From Acidobacteriota bacterium (lineage in GTDB: Bacteria > Acidobacteriota > UBA890 > WLXD01), in contig CAXWPH010000015.1 of assembly GCA_963666055.2 (NCBI GenBank), positions 704,001 through 768,000 on the forward strand: 64,000 nt of DNA, read 5' to 3'. The notes beneath the pieces are model-generated. The model was given only the letters and a program-made list of their open reading frames with translations. It was not told where the DNA came from and ran no database searches. How positions within the stretch are numbered: the stretch's first letter is position 1; every line of letters starts with the position of its first letter. Shown here one piece after another: positions 50,339 to 58,802 of the stretch. The translations under genes and the position numbers were made by a program.

Positions 50339-51826
50339 TTGCGAATCCTCTGCACGGGAATGCGTTTCGGCGGCGCTTCGCTTGTTTCGGCCACCGCTGC
50401 GTTGCTCGCGGTGCTGGCCATGCCACCCGCCGCGCTGGCGCAGCAGACCGACGAGGTCCGGCGGATGGCGGGCGAGCGGCTGCGCGCCACACGGAGCGTC
50501 GCCTCGATTCTCCAGGCGGCGCTTCTTCGCCGGTCGGATCCGGCAGCACCCGTGGCGTTTCGGCTTGTCCTGCCCGAGCTGCCCCAACCCACGTCTCCCC
50601 CGGCCGCCGACAAGACCCGCCTGCAGGTGGGAGTTCACCGCGACATCTTGGATGCGCGCGCGCGCCGAATCGACGGGGCCGCCCTGGAGTGGGAACCTGC
50701 TGCCGACGGCGGCTACACGACCACGTTCGCGGTAGTCTCGGCTGGCGCACGAGGCATCCAGGTGGCGCTGCGCGTTGCCGCCCTGCCCGTCGATGCGGAG
50801 GTGCGCTTCTTCAACCCCTCCGATCCAGTGCAGGCGCATGGACCGTTCAGGTCGGAGCTCATGGTGCCCTCACCAGAGGTTCGAGCGCGGGCCGACGGCA
50901 GCGAGCTGTTCTGGTCACCGGTCATCAGCGGCGCCGAGCTGGGGGTCGAGATCTATTTGCCGCGATCGGCGCTCCCCGGCGAGTTGCGCTTTGCGGTCGC
51001 GAAGGTGGCCCACCTGACCCACGTCGTGGACACCAAGGAACTTTCCCACTTAGGGACTTCCGGCGCCTGTGAACGCAACATCGCCTGCGACGCCCGCTGG
51101 ATTTCAGCGGCAGCAAGCGTCGCCAAGATCATCTTCCAATCCGCTGGCGGCTCGTTTCTATGCACGGGCCAGCTCCTCGTCGATAGCGACGCGAAGACGC
51201 AGCGACTCTGGTTCTTGACCGCGGCGCATTGCATGGCGTAGGCGGCAGAAACCCGGTCGGCGGTGATGTTCTGGGGGTTCCAGCACGCTCGCTGCGCTGG
51301 CAACGATACGCCGCCGATCGTCCAAACAGCCGGTGGCGGGAAGCTCAGGTTCACCACCAAGGCCAACGGACGGACGAACGACCATACGCTGTTGGAGTTG
51401 AGTCAAACGCCGCCGGCAGGAACAACCCTGGCTGGCTGGAGCACGGAAGACCCCGCAAAGCTGCTACGGAAGACTGTACAGGGCAGTCACCATCCGGCTG
51501 GCGATGCGAAGAAGAGCAGCATCGGCAAGCTGGACGGTTTGGACAGCGTGAGCTTCACGGCAGAAGGGTTTCTGGTGTTAGCGGGAGTCTCACATCTCCG
51601 CGTGCGATGGAAGAACAACAAGGGCGTGACCGAAGGGGGGAGCAGCGGCTCAGCTTTGTGGTACGGGCGAAGATGGCCGAAGCAGTTCGTGATCGGCACG
51701 CTCTCGGGCGGGGTGGCGTCGTGCTTGAACACGACAGCACCCGATTGGTACGGCAGCTTGGCGCGTACCTACGAGGAGTTCGGTAAGTTCCGGCGCTTGA
51801 TCGACCCGGCGAAGAACCGGGAGTAA
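50339..51826 (+). pseudogene. Secreted lysyl-endopeptidase-like trypsin-fold serine protease with in-frame TAG at 51239-51241
   Basis: SGACERNIAC, CTGQL, LTAAHC (His), then TAG, then in the same frame DHTLLEL (Asp), HHPAGDAK, TEGGSSGS (Ser), YGSL. Confidence 0.8.
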
Positions 51827-51848
51827 GGCGACGCAGGCTTCAGACCTG

Positions 51849-52103
51849 CTATGACTGCTCTAGAATCGCCCGCCCGTCGGCGGTCAGGCTGACCGTTTCC
51901 CCGAGCTTGCCGTGCTTACCCAACCAGTCCTCGGCCTGGATCAAGTCCCAGCCCTTGAGGTCCTCGTACCAGCCGACGAGGAAGTCCTGCGAGTGGTGGT
52001 CGAAGCCGACGGTGCCGTTCTTGAGGGTGGCGGTGCAGGTATCGCCGGCTTGAACGACACCGAGCAGAGCGGTGTGGCCACGATGAAGCTTTCGTTCAGA
52101 CAT
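51849..52103 (-). CDS. Small hypothetical protein (possible winged-helix-like C-terminus)
   Basis: 84 aa from ATG 52103, GC3-biased codons; ends VSLTADGRAIL. Confidence 0.55.
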   Translation of the reverse strand: MSERKLHRGHTALLGVVQAGDTCTATLKNGTVGFDHHSQDFLVGWYEDLKGWDLIQAEDWLGKHGKLGETVSLTADGRAILEQS

Positions 52104-52405
52104 TTCTGCGCCAGATTTGGGGGGATTGTCTGGAAGCCCGAGGCCCGTCAAGCTGCCCCGCTATTGGATAGACGCATGAAACGCCCGGAAGGTTTCTAGA
52201 AAAAACGTCACCCGAAGCGAGTTGTGCGCCCAGCAACATCGTAGCAGCAGTAACATGCCGGCGTCTGACTCGTCCGGCCCGCTTCCGATAGTCTTGGGCG
52301 CAATCTCAGACTACCAACACGGAGCCGGTTCTGACCTGGTTGCGAGTCGCGGGCACACCCGCGAGGTCGGGAGCCGGTAGCCGGTAGCCGCCAAGGAGAA
52401 CCGCG

Positions 52406-54034
52406 GTGAACGGTTTTGCGCGCATCCCGACCCCGGTAAACGAACCTGCCCTCGACTACTCTCCTGGCTCCGACGAACGAGGCCGCATCAAGGCGCGCCT
52501 GGAGCAGATGCTCGGTGAGCGCATCGAGATCCCGGCCATCATCGGCGGCAAAGACGTAACCACGGGCGATACGCTCAACGTCGTGTGTCCTCACGACCAC
52601 GGGCACGTGCTGGCAGTCTGTCACCAGGTCGATGAAACCTCCGTCGAGCAGGCCATCGAAGCGGCCGCCGAAGCTTGGCGCGAATGGTCCGAGATGAGCT
52701 GGGAGTCGCGTGCGGCGGTCTTTCTCAAGGCGGCCGAGCTACTCGCCGGCCCTTGGCGCGACACCATGATTGCTGCCACGATGCTCGGCCAATCCAAGAC
52801 CGTTCACCAAGCAGAGGTCGAGGCCGCTGCCGAGCTATGCGACTTCTGGCGATTCAACGCCCACTATCTAGAGAAGGTCTACACAGGACAACCCGAGTCA
52901 GATGGCGGCATGTGGAACTACGTCGAATATCGCCCGCTCGAGGGTTTCGTGTTCGCCGTTTCGCCGTTCAACTTCACCGCCATTGGCGGCAACCTCCCCA
53001 GCGCTCCCGCGCTCATGGGCAACACGGTGCTGTGGAAGCCGGCTTCGAGTTCGTTGCTCTCGAACTACTACGTCATGCGCCTGCTGCAAGAGGCCGGGCT
53101 GCCTGACGGCGTGATCAACTTCGTTCCGGGCCGCGGGGCACGGGTCGGCGATCCGGTCTTCGCGAGCAGCCAGCTGGCCGGGCTGCATTTCACCGGGTCA
53201 ACCGCCACCTTCCAGCGCATGTGGCGAACGATGGCCGACAACCTCGGAACCTACGGTCGATATCCGCGCATCGTCGGAGAAACCGGCGGCAAGGACTTCG
53301 TGTTCGCACACCCGTCCGCGGACGTCGCCGCATTGGTCACCGCGTTGGTGCGTGGCGCGTTCGAGTACCAAGGCCAGAAGTGTTCCGCCGCGTCCCGTGC
53401 CTACATCCCGGCTTCGTTGTGGAGCCAGGTCAGGGAGCTGCTCGTAGACACCGTGGGCCAATTGAAAATGGGCCCGCCGACAGATTTCAGTAATTTTCTT
53501 TGTGCGGTGATCGACCGTCCGGCTTTCGACAGCATCAGCAACTTCATCGACGAGGCCAACTCCAAGCCTGAGTACGAGGTCCTGGTCGGTGGGAACTACG
53601 ACGGCTCGCGCGGTTACTTCGTCGAGCCGACAGTGGTCCAGGCGCAAGACGCTGGCGCGCGGCTCATGTGCGAGGAGATCTTCGGTCCGGTGCTCACGGT
53701 GTACATATATGACGACGCCGATCTGAACGAGACCCTCGAACTGTGCGATACGGGCAGTCGCTACGCGCTGACGGGTGCGATCTTCGCGCGGGACCGACGT
53801 GACATCGTGCGGCTCAGCAAGCGACTCCGGCATGCCGCGGGCAACTTCTACATCAACGACAAGCCGACCGGCGCCGTGGTAGGCCAGCAACCATTTGGCG
53901 GGGGGCGCGCCTCCGGTACCAACGACAAGGCCGGATCGACGGCCAACCTCATGCGCTGGGTATCTCAACGCACCGTGAAGGAAACCTTCGTGCCGGCCAC
54001 GTCGTACGAATATCCGTTCATGGGCGACGACTAG
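52406..54034 (+). CDS. pruA: L-glutamate gamma-semialdehyde (P5C) dehydrogenase
   Basis: AAGGAG RBS; PVNEP, TMLGQSK, PFNFTAIGGNL, FTGST, GETGGK, FEYQGQKCSA, EEIFGP, NDKPTGAVVGQQPFGG. Confidence 0.96.
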   Translation: MNGFARIPTPVNEPALDYSPGSDERGRIKARLEQMLGERIEIPAIIGGKDVTTGDTLNVVCPHDHGHVLAVCHQVDETSVEQAIEAAAEAWREWSEMSWESRAAVFLKAAELLAGPWRDTMIAATMLGQSKTVHQAEVEAAAELCDFWRFNAHYLEKVYTGQPESDGGMWNYVEYRPLEGFVFAVSPFNFTAIGGNLPSAPALMGNTVLWKPASSSLLSNYYVMRLLQEAGLPDGVINFVPGRGARVGDPVFASSQLAGLHFTGSTATFQRMWRTMADNLGTYGRYPRIVGETGGKDFVFAHPSADVAALVTALVRGAFEYQGQKCSAASRAYIPASLWSQVRELLVDTVGQLKMGPPTDFSNFLCAVIDRPAFDSISNFIDEANSKPEYEVLVGGNYDGSRGYFVEPTVVQAQDAGARLMCEEIFGPVLTVYIYDDADLNETLELCDTGSRYALTGAIFARDRRDIVRLSKRLRHAAGNFYINDKPTGAVVGQQPFGGGRASGTNDKAGSTANLMRWVSQRTVKETFVPATSYEYPFMGDD

Positions 54035-54185
54035 CGCGGCGCCAGCGCGAATCAGCCGCGGCGCCCGAGCTCGTCGAGACCTGTCCCGATCATGTTGCTC
54101 GCCGGCGCCCTAGCCGCTAGGGGATTCCCTGCGATACGCTATTTGGGATACTATTGCTTATTGTTTGATATCTAAGCGCATCCAA

Positions 54186-55508
54186 ATGGTCCGCAAAGCC
54201 GGCAACACTTACCCAGACCCTTCGAGCCGACGTCGACGCTCTCTGAGCGCGCACTGTCTGGGCGTCGCGTTGTCGACGATGCTGTTGATCAGCAGTGCTC
54301 CGGCGGCGCAACCTGAGGCTGCCCAGCGCGACGATCGTGACCTAGCGGGGCGCCTGGAGCGCAAGGCGCGCCGCGTTGCACGCGAGCTCAAGCGGCGCCA
54401 TCTGCCACACGGGGCCGTCTTCGACCCGATATACGCCGCACCCGACTCCAACGAGATCGTGCGCTACACGCACGCCGGCGACTCGGCAATCTGGACCGGC
54501 CACTACCTCGCCGCGGCCGCCTTCGAGTACGCCGTCACCGGTTCCAGCAAGGCAAAGAGCAAGGTACGTAAGGCCGTCGCGGCGATTCGCGTGCTTCTGG
54601 AAATCACCGGCAACGAGACTCTGGCGCGTGGCGCCGTTCCAACAGATTCGCCGTGGATCGAGGCCATCACCGTGGGTGAGGCTCACCAGGGCGTCTTCGA
54701 GGGAAGCTACGGTGGCATCGACTACCGCTGGGCGGGCACGACGTCGCGCGATCAGTACTCCGGGGTGATCTTCGGCCTCGGCTTCGCGTGGGAGCTGGTG
54801 CCACTCGACGGCATCCGCGCCGAGATCCGCGAGATCGTCACTCGACTCGTCGACTACCTACGCAACCACGCTTGGACCGTGCAAAACCCGGACGGCAGCA
54901 TCAGCACGACGTTCGTTGCGCGGCCTGAACAGATGCTGGCGTTCCTGCAAGTGGCGCGCAGAATCCACCCCGAGCGCTTCGAATTACCTTATGGCGAGGT
55001 GCGCGACGCATTCGGTAAGTTGGTAGATCTGCCCATCTCGCTCGAGGTCACCGACCTACACAACTCGTACTTCAAGTTCAATCTCGACGTCATCAACCTC
55101 GTGCACCTGGTTCGTCTCGAGGAGCCGGGCGAATACCTCGACGAGTATCGCCGCGCCTACGACATCCTCCGCGATGCGGTCGGGTCACACGAGAACGCCC
55201 ACTTCAACATGATCGATCACGTCATCAGTGGCCCGGACAAGGCGCGTGACCGCGAGACCAGGCGGCTCCTAAAGCAATGGTTACAGCGCCCACGACGCAA
55301 CACGACGGTTGACCTTGCCGGTACCTACCCGTCGTGCGGAGACAACCTCGCGTGTGGCGTCATCCCGGTAGCCGAGCGTGTGCCCACCGACTTCCTGTGG
55401 CAACGCGACCCGTTCGTGCTGTCCGGCGGTGGCGGCGGCGATGTCGGCGCGCCGGGAATCGACCTGCTCTTGCCATACTGGATGGCGCGCTATTACGGCG
55501 TGCTGTGA
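54186..55508 (+). CDS. Secreted hypothetical protein, probably alpha/alpha-barrel (start uncertain)
   Basis: Signal-like leader; GDSAIWTGHYLAA, SRDQYSG, FLWQRDPF, PGIDLLLPYWMARY look like conserved motifs. Confidence 0.7.
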   Translation: MVRKAGNTYPDPSSRRRRSLSAHCLGVALSTMLLISSAPAAQPEAAQRDDRDLAGRLERKARRVARELKRRHLPHGAVFDPIYAAPDSNEIVRYTHAGDSAIWTGHYLAAAAFEYAVTGSSKAKSKVRKAVAAIRVLLEITGNETLARGAVPTDSPWIEAITVGEAHQGVFEGSYGGIDYRWAGTTSRDQYSGVIFGLGFAWELVPLDGIRAEIREIVTRLVDYLRNHAWTVQNPDGSISTTFVARPEQMLAFLQVARRIHPERFELPYGEVRDAFGKLVDLPISLEVTDLHNSYFKFNLDVINLVHLVRLEEPGEYLDEYRRAYDILRDAVGSHENAHFNMIDHVISGPDKARDRETRRLLKQWLQRPRRNTTVDLAGTYPSCGDNLACGVIPVAERVPTDFLWQRDPFVLSGGGGGDVGAPGIDLLLPYWMARYYGVL

Positions 55509-55525
55509 GACAGCATCGCCGAGCG

Positions 55526-55581
55526 ACCACCGTCGCACCCCTGGCCTGCTAGCAGGCTGTGGTGGGAGTGTGGCCTGCTAG
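55526..55581. repeat. Degenerate MITE end plus 25-bp mini-element in tandem before copy 3
   Basis: ...CCTGGCCTG|CTAG|CAGGCTGTGGTGGGAGTGTGGCCTG|CTAG|CAGGCC... Confidence 0.7.
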
Positions 55582-55852
55582 CAGGCCGTGGTGAAAGTGT
55601 GGTGGGTCTGGTTACGGCGAGTTGGGGCCAGATGCAAGGCGGCCGGACACAGGCGATGCCCTAGCCATCGTCGAGGAAGGCCAACGCTGCAGATGGCCCC
55701 AAATCGCCGTAACCCTTCGGGCGACAGGGGGTTGCGCGCGTAGGCTGCGTCGTTCCTCGTCAACGATGCGGTAACCATCGCCTCCTCCTCTCTCCTTGCC
55801 TCCACTTCGCAAGACCCTGTCGCCAGATCCACCACACTTTCACCACGGCCTG
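55582..55852 (+). mobile_element. MITE copy 3 (271 bp) with CTAG target duplication
   Basis: CTAG at 55578-55581 and 55853-55856; 30-bp TIRs, 29/30 match; closely similar to copy 2. Confidence 0.9.
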
Positions 55853-56419
55853 CTAGGGTTCCTCCGCGGCGAGCGGGTTACCCATCAACAAGGGGTTGCC
55901 CAGGAGGAACGCGTCGATATCGATCGGTGCGCCGGACTGCTCGATAAGCCGCCGTTGGAGCCGTGCACGCTGAACGGCGGGCATGTTGTCGCCGCTCTCG
56001 TCGGGGAAGAAGGCCTCGCGGATACGGGTTTCGATCGAGGCCAGCAACTGCTGCATGACGATGCCCGTGTAGCGCAGCGCCACCCGGCCGGCCAGGCTAC
56101 GGAGTGTCCAGTAGCTGCGCGCGAAACGCAGGAAAGCTGCCCCCGCCCCCGGATACGCGCGCTCGAGCGATACACCGAACTCGGCCTCGAACCGGTCCAC
56201 CGGAATGAAGGCATGGCCTTCGACGGCAGCGTGAAAGAACCCCTGAAAAGCCGAGTCGAGTACCACTGCCATGCGGTGCTTCAGGCCCGCATCAGCTTCC
56301 CGATCGGTGGCGTGCCGCAGCAAGAGGCCGTCGTCGCCTTCCTCGGCACGAACCCCCACCCGGGCCAACAAGCTGAGAATTGCCGCCTGGCCCTGCTCGA
56401 GTTCGCCGACGTTGGTCAT
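55853..56419 (-). CDS. Hypothetical protein
   Basis: About 190-aa ORF with protein-like composition; stop TAG within the MITE CTAG; divergent from the radical SAM gene. Confidence 0.6.
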   Translation of the reverse strand: MTNVGELEQGQAAILSLLARVGVRAEEGDDGLLLRHATDREADAGLKHRMAVVLDSAFQGFFHAAVEGHAFIPVDRFEAEFGVSLERAYPGAGAAFLRFARSYWTLRSLAGRVALRYTGIVMQQLLASIETRIREAFFPDESGDNMPAVQRARLQRRLIEQSGAPIDIDAFLLGNPLLMGNPLAAEEP

Positions 56420-56466
56420 CGATACAGACATTTGACTGGTATAGTAAGGCACTCTGGAGATCAAGT

Positions 56467-57531
56467 ATGGCGCGAAAGCACTCTGATGGCGTCGCCGCGG
56501 CGACGGGTCCCCGCGGACGCGGCGTGGCGCACAACCCGCCGAACCGCTTCGAGCGCTTGTGGATCGAACCCCTCGAGGCGCCCACCGAGCGTGTTCCCAC
56601 GCTCTACATGCGCGACACCACGCGCAGCATCATCGCGCGCAACAACAGTCCCGACGTGCCGTTCGACGCATCGTTGAACCCCTATCGTGGCTGCGAGCAC
56701 GGCTGCGTGTACTGCTACGCGCGCCCTACCCACGAGTATCTCGGTTTCTCGGCCGGGCTCGACTTCGAGACCCGTATCCTGGTGAAGGTCTCGGCGCCCG
56801 AGCTGTTGCGCAAGGAGCTTGCGTCGGCGAACTGGCAACCGCAGGTGCTGAGTCTCAGCGGCGTCACCGACCCCTACCAGCCAATCGAGCGCCGCCTCGA
56901 GCTCACCCGACGCTGCCTCCGAGTGCTGGCAGAGTTCCGCAATCCCGTCACCGTCGTTACCAAGAACGAGCTCGTTGCCCGAGACCTCGACATCCTGAGT
57001 GATCTGGCGCGTCACCAGGCCGCCATGGTGTTTGTTTCGATCACCACGCTGGACGACGAGCTCTGCGGTGCGATGGAGCCCCGCACCTCACGACCTGCTC
57101 GCCGGCTCGAGGCGGTGCAACGAATAACTGCCGCCGGCGTTCCATGTGGAGTCCTGGTCGCGCCGGTGATTCCCGGCCTCACCGACCACGAGATACCGGC
57201 GATCCTTCAAGCCGCCGCCACAGCCGGGGCCACGCAGGCCGGCTACACGACGCTGCGACTGCCGGGCGCGGTTGCCGATATCTTCGAAACTTGGCTACAG
57301 TCGCGGTCGCCGGCCCGGCGAAACAAAGTTCTGGCCCGCATCCGCTCGCTGCGTGGCGGCCGCCGGAGCGATTCGCGCTTCGGTGTACGAATGCGAGGCG
57401 AAGGCGCCTTTGCCGAGCAGATCTCGGCAATATTCTCGATCGCTTGTCGCCGCGTCGGGTTGAACCGGGCACGACGATCCCTCTCGACAACGTCATTTCG
57501 ACGCTCCGGCCAGCAGCGGCTGCCACTTTAG
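56467..57531 (+). CDS. PA0069-family radical SAM protein (SplB-like, putative DNA repair)
   Basis: GRGVAHNPPNRFE, NPYRGCEHGCVYCYARPTH, DPYQPIER, MEPRT, APVIPGLTD. Confidence 0.94.
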   Translation: MARKHSDGVAAATGPRGRGVAHNPPNRFERLWIEPLEAPTERVPTLYMRDTTRSIIARNNSPDVPFDASLNPYRGCEHGCVYCYARPTHEYLGFSAGLDFETRILVKVSAPELLRKELASANWQPQVLSLSGVTDPYQPIERRLELTRRCLRVLAEFRNPVTVVTKNELVARDLDILSDLARHQAAMVFVSITTLDDELCGAMEPRTSRPARRLEAVQRITAAGVPCGVLVAPVIPGLTDHEIPAILQAAATAGATQAGYTTLRLPGAVADIFETWLQSRSPARRNKVLARIRSLRGGRRSDSRFGVRMRGEGAFAEQISAIFSIACRRVGLNRARRSLSTTSFRRSGQQRLPL

Positions 57532-57657
57532 ACTCGCACTCAGGACATTCGGCGCCGTGCAACCCACACGGGCCGCGATGCACAATGCAGGTTGCTCGAG
57601 TCCCCAGACTCTCCTGAAGTAGAGGCTCTGCCAGTCCATCTGGGTTCGGTGATATTG

Positions 57658-58737
57658 ATGCCAGCAAATCGTCTGACGCGATTCTCTGTTCTGCCAATTC
57701 TGCTCGCCGCACCCCTCGCCCTGCTGCTGGTAGCAGACTCGGCTCTCGCACAGGATTCCGAGCGCGGTTTCGATCTTTTTCAGTCCGTCGAGTGCGCCGC
57801 CTGCCACGGCAGCGCCGCTCAGGGCATGATGGGGCCGGCCCTCGCCGGCACACGCCTTTCACTGGCGGAGGTTCGTCGTCAGGTACGATCACCGCGCTCG
57901 CGCCGCATGCCGGACTTCAGCGTCGAGGAGCTCTCAGAGGAAGACCTGGCCGACATCTTTGCCTACCTGGCGGCCCTCGAGGCCCCGACGCTCGCAGACA
58001 AGCGCACGTGGTGGGGTATCGACCTGTTGAACCTGCCGACGCCCGCCCTACCGGAAAAGAAGACCCTCGAGCTGCACTTCACGCACCGCTTCTCTGAGTC
58101 CTTGACCGACGCAGGCCGCGAGGGACTCTACGGACTCGATAGCTTCGCTTTCCCGGGTTTCTGGTTCTCCTACGGGCTCAGCGACCGCGTCGCACCCTAC
58201 GTGGGTCGAACCGCGAACCTGGCTACCTGGGAGTTCGGCGTCAAGATCAAGCTGCTCGATGAACACGATAGCTCGTTGCCGATATCAGTCGCTGCCAACA
58301 TCGGTGGCACATTCCTCGACGCCAACGGCATCCCCAACAACAATCGATTCACCGTCGAGCTGCCGGTTGGCGTACGTGCCAGCGAGCGGCTGGCGTTCCA
58401 GTTTGTTCCTATCTACACCACCGACCCCGATGAACAGGACCTCCCGGACAGCGATAGTTATGCGTTCGCCCTGGGATTCGGCGGTAGCCTGCGGCTTTCG
58501 ACAACCTATAGTCTCGACGCCGAGTACATCGCCAACATCGGTGGCTTCGAGCAATTCGATGCCCTCAACCAGTGGCAGGCGGGGGTGACCATCCACGTTC
58601 GACGCCACCTGTTCTCGCTGATGCTGTCGAACAGCATATTGACCACCCCCGATTTCATGGCCGCCGGCTCATTCAGGACCGGAATCAAGAGTAACGTTCG
58701 CTTTGGCTTCAACCTGGTGAGGGCATTCTCGTTCTAG
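57658..58737 (+). CDS. Cytochrome c fused to DUF5777-type outer-membrane beta-barrel
   Basis: Signal peptide; CAACHG..AQGMMGPAL...MPDF...IFAYL; then LLNLPT...LELHFTHRF, YGLD, HLFSLMLSN, FGFNLVRAF with C-terminal Phe. Confidence 0.78.
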   Translation: MPANRLTRFSVLPILLAAPLALLLVADSALAQDSERGFDLFQSVECAACHGSAAQGMMGPALAGTRLSLAEVRRQVRSPRSRRMPDFSVEELSEEDLADIFAYLAALEAPTLADKRTWWGIDLLNLPTPALPEKKTLELHFTHRFSESLTDAGREGLYGLDSFAFPGFWFSYGLSDRVAPYVGRTANLATWEFGVKIKLLDEHDSSLPISVAANIGGTFLDANGIPNNNRFTVELPVGVRASERLAFQFVPIYTTDPDEQDLPDSDSYAFALGFGGSLRLSTTYSLDAEYIANIGGFEQFDALNQWQAGVTIHVRRHLFSLMLSNSILTTPDFMAAGSFRTGIKSNVRFGFNLVRAFSF

Positions 58738-58802
58738 CTCGGCTGGTGAGCCCCACCTGCCCCGACGCCGGCGCCAACCAACAGGTACACCCCCGAAGGA
58801 CA

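Noticed and set aside
38148-51241. Genome-wide TAG reassignment
   Set aside because: Many intact genes here end properly at TAG (DMFase, csp, Mo subunit, frdD, pruA), so TAG is a normal stop.
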